A stretch of DNA of 64,000 nt. It comes from Plasmodiophora brassicae (taxonomy: Eukaryota). Each line of letters begins with the position of its first letter. The stretch's first letter is position 1. Shown here in pieces: positions 58,202-64,000 of this stretch. The notes below the pieces were generated by a model. It worked only from the letters and a program-made list of their open reading frames with translations, was not told where the DNA came from and did not search any database. Position numbers and translations under genes: made by a program. The stretch spans positions 744,001 through 808,000 of the forward strand of contig CP145422.1 of the NCBI GenBank assembly GCA_036867785.1, read 5' to 3'.

Positions 58202-59497
58202 TCAGGTGCTGGCCGTAGGAACGGGGTCAGCCGAGGGCTCGCCGGCTGGTTTGCCTTCGGCGGGAGCGACCCCAGGCCCCTCGCTGTCGAGCGATGGCCG
58301 CCCGAACAGCGGTTGCGGCGGGCGAGGCGGGACGAGGTCCGATTCCGCGCCGAACTCATCGTCTTCGTATTCGGATCGCGACCCGTCGACTGCGGCGACG
58401 CCCTCGACGCTGCTACTGCCGAACGCGGCCTGCAGGCGCCCGGACGACGAATCCACCCGCACCTGGCCGATCGCCAAGGCGGCCAGCTCGCCGCGACGGC
58501 TCTCGGCGATCAGATCGGGGCGGTCCCGAGCGATCACCTCCACGATAACGTCGAACGGAACCACGATGGCGACCTCGTCGCTGAACTGCGGGTCGTACAC
58601 CTTGAACTGCCAGACGTGCTGCTGCGACGGCTTCTTCGTCGTCGCCGACGCCGCCCGTTGCTTCGTCGACGCCGACGCGTTCTGGTGGTTGAACTCGATC
58701 ACCGACACAATCACGTACGTGCCGTCGATGTTCTTCCCTTCGCGCAGCAGGATCCGGGACGGGCCCGTCGCCATTGCCGCTCCTGGGCCGTCGTCATCCA
58801 CGACGACGACGCCGTGCTTCTTGACCGACTTGCGGCGCCGGGTGCGGCGAACGCGACGCGCACCGTGTAGCGCAGGCGACGAAGACACGGAGACAGGCCC
58901 GGGATGTAACGCGGGCAGCGACGATTTGTAGGACGCGGGTGGCGCCGTGTGCGGTGGTGCGGGGCGGGCAGCGCGCGCATTGGGCCCCGGGCGGTCCAGC
59001 TGGAGTTCGGGTGCGTGACGCGCCCGCTGGTGCGTCTCCTTGCCGTCCAGCAGAATGCACGGGTACTCGCACAGGTTCTTCAGGTAGCTCTGGTGCGTCT
59101 CCCAGTGCTGGTCCCAGACGCGATGGTCGTAGTTCGGCCCGGCCGTCTGGATGCGCTTCAGGATCTGCTGGTTCTCCTCGGTGATGCGCTTGAGACGGCG
59201 CCGGCGCGCCTCGGCGTTCAGGCTGCGCAGCTGGACGACGTTCGGTTTGGGCTGGAACGTCGGGCGGCCCATGATCTCGGCCATCTTCTCCAGCAGGATG
59301 CGGTTCTCCTTCTCGATCTGCGAGTACCGGTCCAGCAGCAGCTGCTCGCGCTTCTTCTTCGTGTGCAGGTGCGTGAAAACGCGCGGCTCCTGGTTGTCGA
59401 TCGACGGCTTGATCGATTTCAGGCGGGCGCGGTGCAACTCCTGCTGCGTCTTCCGCCACTGCTGCATGCTGCGCCCCATGGGCGTCGCCCGGTGCAT
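58202..59497 (-). CDS. CFAP97/Hemingway (KIAA1430) domain cilia-associated protein
   Basis: HRARLKSIKPSIDNQEP...IEKENRILLEKM...SLNAEARRRRLKRITEENQQILKRI. Confidence 0.82.
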   Translation of the reverse strand: MHRATPMGRSMQQWRKTQQELHRARLKSIKPSIDNQEPRVFTHLHTKKKREQLLLDRYSQIEKENRILLEKMAEIMGRPTFQPKPNVVQLRSLNAEARRRRLKRITEENQQILKRIQTAGPNYDHRVWDQHWETHQSYLKNLCEYPCILLDGKETHQRARHAPELQLDRPGPNARAARPAPPHTAPPASYKSSLPALHPGPVSVSSSPALHGARRVRRTRRRKSVKKHGVVVVDDDGPGAAMATGPSRILLREGKNIDGTYVIVSVIEFNHQNASASTKQRAASATTKKPSQQHVWQFKVYDPQFSDEVAIVVPFDVIVEVIARDRPDLIAESRRGELAALAIGQVRVDSSSGRLQAAFGSSSVEGVAAVDGSRSEYEDDEFGAESDLVPPRPPQPLFGRPSLDSEGPGVAPAEGKPAGEPSADPVPTAST

Positions 59498-59936
59498 GTC
59501 CGACGACTGATTGGGCACCCTAGTCACTCACCACTAGTATAGGATCGCATTCTACGCCATGTACGATTTCGATCGTCGTACCCTACCGCCATTCCGTTTA
59601 CCTAGCCGGCTTCAATTCCGACACGTACAAGCACAAGCCGGCGCGGAACGTACTGCGGGAGGGCGTCCATTATATTGCAAAGACATCGGGAAGTGCACCG
59701 ATGACTGGCCTGTTTCGGTACACAACAGAGCAGCGCCGCACAGTGTGGTCTGTTCGTCCAGGAATCCTTCGGACTGTTACACGTCCGGGTCCAACTATAG
59801 CGTTGGCGGGTGCGGGTCTACGGACATCAGTTGCAGTTCGTCTGGCACCAACCGTGTGGGATTAATGTCAGACGCAGCTGCTTCGTGTAGGTAGTCTGGT
59901 TGACGATACCGCCCGGTCCACAAGCCAGACAGGGGA

Positions 59937-60476
59937 ATGCGTCACATTGCGATCATAGTGGCTGTCCAGGCGGGGATAGGCGTGGCGATGGATTATGCGG
60001 ACGATTTCGAGAGGGGCGCGCGAGACTGGATTGAGAATGAGGTGCGCGCTGCGGCAGAGCAGCATAACAGGTTGGTTGAGGAGGACACGCGGAGGAAGAT
60101 GGAGATCCTTGAGCAGGCGCAGGCCGAGAGGAACGCGTCGCGCGTGCCGACTGAATTCGGAATGACGTACATGCGCTGGAATGAGGTGCTGGTGCCGCGG
60201 GTTCGAGAGGCAGGTGCGGTTAGGTTCCAGGCGCCACAACCAAGACAAATGAATCCTCGGCCGCCAATTCGGTCATGGGCGGCAGGAATCGAAGCCGACG
60301 ACGACCCACCTCCCGAACCGCTCTCCGAGCTTAGTATGGCCAGCCTGCCTTTCGTCGGGTTCTTTCTCGCCTGGGTTGCTCTCTTGGTAAGCGTACTCGG
60401 GGAACGCAAGCACACGCATGGACGACCTCAAACACTGTTTTACGAAGAGGGCAGGGATGGCGTCCTTTTGTGGTGA
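59937..60476 (+). CDS. Orphan signal-peptide plus TM protein; may continue by splicing to ~60727
   Basis: MRHIAIIVAVQAGIGVA signal, charged helix and TM LPFVGFFLAWVALLVSVL. Confidence 0.5.
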   Translation: MRHIAIIVAVQAGIGVAMDYADDFERGARDWIENEVRAAAEQHNRLVEEDTRRKMEILEQAQAERNASRVPTEFGMTYMRWNEVLVPRVREAGAVRFQAPQPRQMNPRPPIRSWAAGIEADDDPPPEPLSELSMASLPFVGFFLAWVALLVSVLGERKHTHGRPQTLFYEEGRDGVLLW

Positions 60477-60849
60477 TACAACAGCACGTAATTCGATGGT
60501 TTTATGGCGTTTCGGATATGTTGCATTTGAACGCCAGTGGCGCTCCATCAGGCGACCGCCGGGCAGACCTTCTACCGCGGTGGTGTGCCCCGCCCGCTCG
60601 TTCAGCACAGGTGGCACCGTTGGTGTCAACGATGGTAATGAGCCGCAATGTTGACGCGAATACCGCTGGTTGTTGTGGCGGTATGATGGTGGCCTACGTA
60701 GGTCGATGGGTTGAATGTCGCGAATAGTGCCCGCCAATACTCAGCTGCGCTGTGGCACGAGCTGAGACTTGCTGCGGTCGCAGCAGACTCTTGCTCCTCG
60801 GTGTGCGTGCTCTTGGGCAGGTCCCGCGATCCGCGGACTGTTTCGTCGA

Positions 60850-62555
60850 ATGAGCGACACTGATGATGTGGGGACGCGCCTGGGCAGGTACATTCCGCCG
60901 CGCTGGTCGGTGAGGCCCGAGGCGGACGATGTCGCCGGGCTACGCCTGGAGGTGATCCGGCAGGGCGTGGCGCTGTCGTCGTCGGAGACGATCCCGCTCG
61001 ACGAGCGCCCGTTCACGATCCTTGGCCGGCAGCCGGACGTCTGCCATCGCGCGCTCCTGCACCCATCGATCAGTCGACAGCATGCCGTCGTTCAGCATGG
61101 CCCGCACGGCGCTGTATTCATCAACGATCTGGGGTCGACCCATGGCACCGTCGTCAATAAGAAGCGGCTGGTCGCTGGGCAGTTCCACCCGCTTCGTGTC
61201 GGCGACGTTGTCCGATTCGGGCAATCGCAGCGGATTTACTGCGTTGAAGGGCCGGAACGGCTTCGGCCACCAGAGTGGCAGACTCTGCAGGGCCCCGTTG
61301 CAGCCATCCCACAACGCCCCGCTGCTGTTGATTCGACGACGACGACGACGACGACGAGTGCGGACGAACCCGACAGCGATGCCGTTGAAGAATCAGAATC
61401 CGACGATGACATGGATGACCTGGAGGAGTACCTAACGTCGGGCACCGCGCAGAACAACACGCTGAACGATAGGCAGAGGAAGGTCGTCGACACTATTGTC
61501 AAGCGACGGACGAAGCTCAACGTCAGTCGTTGTTCGTACGGTGTGGGACGCATGTCGCTAAAGCGCTTTGATGGCAGCACGTGAAGAAGGAAGCGGAGAC
61601 GCTGCAAAGCAAGGAATCGATCAATGGGTCCCTGAGCGCTGGGCAGAAGGCGGCGCTGACGCGATGCATGGAGCAGCTGGCGACGCTGCAAGCGGAGGTC
61701 GATGGTACGTTGGAGGACTTGATCAGGAGGTTGAAAGACAAGAGGCGGGGGCGCAAATCTGAGTCGTCGAAGCCGACCCTGAGGCGGCCACGACCGACTG
61801 ACGACGATGACGAAAACGACGATTTCTACGATCGAACAAAAGCCACAGCCATGTCTGAAGCGAAACGGCAGAAGCGGGTGAAGGCAGTGGAGACGCTGTC
61901 ATCGCTGAAAGCCCAGCTGACGAATGTTGCCGACCGTGAGCAGGAGCTGGCGCGCAAGATTGCCGAATTGCAGAGCAAAGCCCAGAGCGCCCCAGAGGAG
62001 ACGGAAGATGAACTTGACAGCTATATGGCCAGCATTGGGAAGGCTGGAGCCGCTCAGCAGGTTGTATCGATGCAGGAGAAGTTGAATCACCTTGCGGATG
62101 AACGAGATCGCCTGGAGAAGTTAATCCGCATAGCGACGCCGGCTGGGTCTCACCTTGTGCCTTCTGCTGATTGGGCGCATACCACTGTCGCGAAGGCTAT
62201 TTCTAAGGAGCCTGTACGCGCACAGGACCCCACTCATGAAGAGCGACAAGACAAGTCTGGCCCTGCCGTCGCACCTGAACCGAAGCAGAACCTATTACCA
62301 ATGTCAACGCCGGCGGCGTTACCAACGGAGACGGTATCATCGGCAGACACCTATATTCTACCTGGAATAGACGATCTGCAACGTAAAGGCGGCTTACTGA
62401 TTCCCAAGAGGCACTCCACGAGAAGGCGCGCCGAAGAAAGCGTCTGCAGCGAAGATGGCATCGTGGCCGAGATTGAACACGTTTCTGACTGGGTGCCTCC
62501 AGTGCATCAAACCGGCGACGGGCGAACCTCTCTCAATGAAAAACTTGGTTATTGA
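60850..62555 (+). CDS. SLC4A1AP: Kanadaptin (FHA-domain nuclear protein), one intron at ~61523-61579
   Basis: YIPPRWS, FHA motifs GR...HPSISRQHA...DLGSTHGT, DDFYDRT, DELDSYM and terminal WVPPVHQTGDGRTSLNEKLGY. Confidence 0.92.
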
Positions 62556-62669
62556 AGTTGCTGCTGGTCCACTATCAGTTATGGTGTGTGATTCATCAGA
62601 GGTCCAAACATGTAGAAGCGCATTGTCACACACGTAGCAGGCAAAGTTGACGATACGAGAGCGGGGGTG

Positions 62670-62960
62670 CCATTTCCACAGGCCTTCCGTCCAACGATCA
62701 GGCTGACTTTCGATCGCCATGTACTGTATTGGTTTTCCAGTCCTTGTGTTGGGATTGTCTCAAGCGCAGACTGATTCACGACATAAACTGGCGCACAGTC
62801 CACAAACGCAAGCGCCGGAAGCCCAGCACTCAACTACTTACACCTATCAACAGCGAATACCAGCATCGTGGTGCCTGCTTCAGGCCGTACAGGCACTTCA
62901 TCAACTTCCATACCCAACCTGGTCTTTGAACGCATGCATCTTGATCCGCTGGGTAGCAGG
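62670..62960 (-). mobile_element. Degenerate, internally deleted Ty1/copia pol remnant
   Basis: VWKLMKCLYGLKQAPRCWY (copia RT motif), then PVYVVNQSA and IQYMAIESQPDRWTEGL (decayed DNQSA and QxADxLTKxL RNase H motifs) across frames. Confidence 0.8.
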
Positions 62961-63148
62961 CCGTTGTACATCGTTCACTCACGGTCGGTGACGACAGCAC
63001 AGTACTTGTCATACGGCTGTTGCAGCTGCTTTATGGATGGAGCGTCCACACTCTTCGTCTTCGGACGGGTGGCTCATGATGTTTAATGCTCGTGGCTCTA
63101 ACGCAGACTCGGCATTCGTCGAACTAGCTGATAACAATCAGACACCGG

Positions 63149-63243
63149 TCCTGGATCGGATTCCGATTGAGTGTAAGTGACTACTGAGAAAGGGACTCCT
63201 GGATCGGATTCCGATCGAGTGTAAGTGAGTACTGAGAGAGGGA
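63149..63243. repeat. Two tandem 48-bp units with an internal palindrome
   Basis: tcctggatcggattccgat(t/c)gagtgtaagtga(c/g)tactgaga(a/g)aggga at 63149 and 63197; the second unit contains GATCGGA-T-TCCGATC. Confidence 0.9.
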
Positions 63244-64000
63244 GACCTCTAGAGTTTATGACGTCTCCGACATCATATATAACCAGATATACCACGTGCG
63301 GCACTGATCCCTATGTTGCCAAATGATAACTGCGAGGCGTGACAAGTCTAGCAGTGACGTCACGACGTTTCGTTCGATCGATCTCTGGGAACGATGTGCC
63401 ATGGGGGTGGCGGCACGGCGAAGTGCCGCTGGTAGGTGTGGTTCAGTTGTGAAACAACTTTGTGCCGTCAGACCTAATCCAAACTGGGTTTCACAAGTTG
63501 GCCACAACGGCAATGCCCGCACCGCGTAAGCGTCTCTACGAAGAGACGAAACCGTCAGCAACGTCCCTCGTGGCCTACACGGCATCGGCGCGATCGTCAC
63601 TCAGCCGGACAACCTGTAGTGCCACAGGCCTGCAATTGCTGCAAGCGCGGTCATCCAGCACGCGTCGTGACAGCGGCCATGTACGCCCGGTGGTTCACAT
63701 GCAAGGCGCCGCAATGTGCGGTGGGAACCCCACCGACACTGCTGTATGAGAACGTGTCAGCAACGTCCATCGTTTTAGTAAACACGTGGGCGCAAAAACT
63801 TTAGCGCCTGCGCCTTGGCCGTCCTGTTCGTCTGGTAAATCTGGTACGGCGCCTCGTTCGCCTGGTCGTTGTTGCTGTTCGGGTCTTTCACGCAGCGCCT
63901 GATTGCCGAGCAGAACCTCCGTCAGGCTGTTCGACGATTCCAGCCTTGTCCCCGCTGAGAAGGGCACGTCACCGGGACGTTCATGATCAGCGTGTCAGCG

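Noticed and set aside
63149-63243. Palindromic direct repeats as a possible CRISPR array
   Set aside because: Only two contiguous units, no unique spacers, no cas genes, eukaryotic context.

Overview
Compact, GC-rich eukaryotic DNA with about 30 tightly packed protein-coding genes and many short (~50-70 nt) GT-AG introns. The mix of flagellar/centriolar genes (LRRC9, CEP44, CFAP97-domain), a CBM18 chitin-binding domain, a Zn2Cys6 factor and orphan secreted proteins suggests a zoosporic protist. A phytomyxid such as Plasmodiophora is my best guess; this is inference. Recognisable genes: NAA25, ABHD18-like, GT54/MGAT4-like, an HMG-box plus histone-fold fusion, DIM1, DIS3/DIS3L, a CD36-family protein, a probable PEX8, two tyrosinases (one CBM18-fused), UBE3C-like HECT ligase, a double-SET methyltransferase, LRRC9, RNase Z, TMEM260, a patatin TAG lipase, ATP11, SLC25A39/40, NOL10, tRNA 2'-phosphotransferase, CEP44, MPP10, CFAP97D and kanadaptin, with a Ty1/copia relic at the right end. 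Most notable observations: (1) a tandem dyad 12-mer, TCCGTGRCGGAS, just upstream of all four rRNA-processing genes (DIM1, DIS3, NOL10, MPP10), a candidate ribosome-biogenesis regulon element; (2) a secreted RhoGAP-like protein lacking the arginine finger; (3) a secreted Cys-free protein with ~57-aa proline periodicity; (4) a 6-nt micro-exon conserved in both tyrosinases; (5) a decaying triple Zn2Cys6 gene; (6) an ~800-bp segment bounded by 68-bp inverted repeats. All family calls come from motif recognition by eye, and exon boundaries are approximate unless stated.
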